Shown: positions 63,891-64,000 of the stretch, in pieces
Position numbering within the stretch: the first letter of the stretch is position 1
Layout: every line of letters starts with the position of its first letter
Assembly: GCF_006345805.1 (NCBI RefSeq)
Contig: NC_043020.1
Coordinates: forward strand, 5,208,001-5,272,000
Reading direction: 5' to 3'
Origin: Octopus sinensis
Lineage: Eukaryota
DNA length: 64,000 nucleotides
Notes under the pieces: generated by a model
Told to the model about the DNA's origin: nothing
Seen by the model: only the letters and a program-made list of their open reading frames with translations
The model's database searches: none
Program-made: the position numbers and the translations under genes

Positions 63891-64000
63891 ATCATCATTG
63901 TTTGACCATGGTCGAGACAATGGAATTTACCATGCTACGCCAGACTTCACGGTCTATCATAGCATTACGGAGGTCCTGTTGCTGGATGCCTGTATCCCTG
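63890..64000 (-). mobile_element. 3' end of a second RTE-like LINE with (GAT)n tail abutting or nested in the older RT
   Basis: RDTGIQQQDLRNAMIDREVWRSMVNSIVSTMVKQ* followed by tgatgatg, then an abrupt switch to RT-domain sequence. Confidence 0.6.

Overview
Repeat-saturated animal genomic DNA, most likely from a coleoid cephalopod (Octopus-like tRNA-derived SINE families, very long TA/CA/AAT microsatellites; organism inferred). The only gene I could reconstruct is a complete six-coding-exon TOE1 (CAF1-family DEDDh exonuclease with CCCH zinc finger) on the minus strand, 19516 to 134. All junctions are GT-AG and in phase (2142 nt, 713 aa). Its last exon carries an in-frame (TSTTSL)n Ser/Thr repeat. 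The rest is SINEs, LINE fragments (CR1/L2-like, RTE, L1/Tx1-like), a decayed Penelope-like element, mariner relics, non-autonomous Helitrons, MITEs, satellites and a 5'-truncated tRNA-Thr(CGT). Most long ORFs in the supplied track are microsatellite artefacts. The most interesting unannotated signal is a set of hammerhead ribozyme motifs of three kinds: (1) a full-core type I hammerhead at 49004-49097 inside ~90-bp inverted arms; (2) a minimal U3:A8 variant at 4578-4619 in a 362-bp direct-repeat-bounded unit; (3) a dispersed ~190-bp family with minimal, partly mutated hammerheads. These suggest Penelope pLTR or retrozyme-like elements. All folds were done by eye and none is tested.
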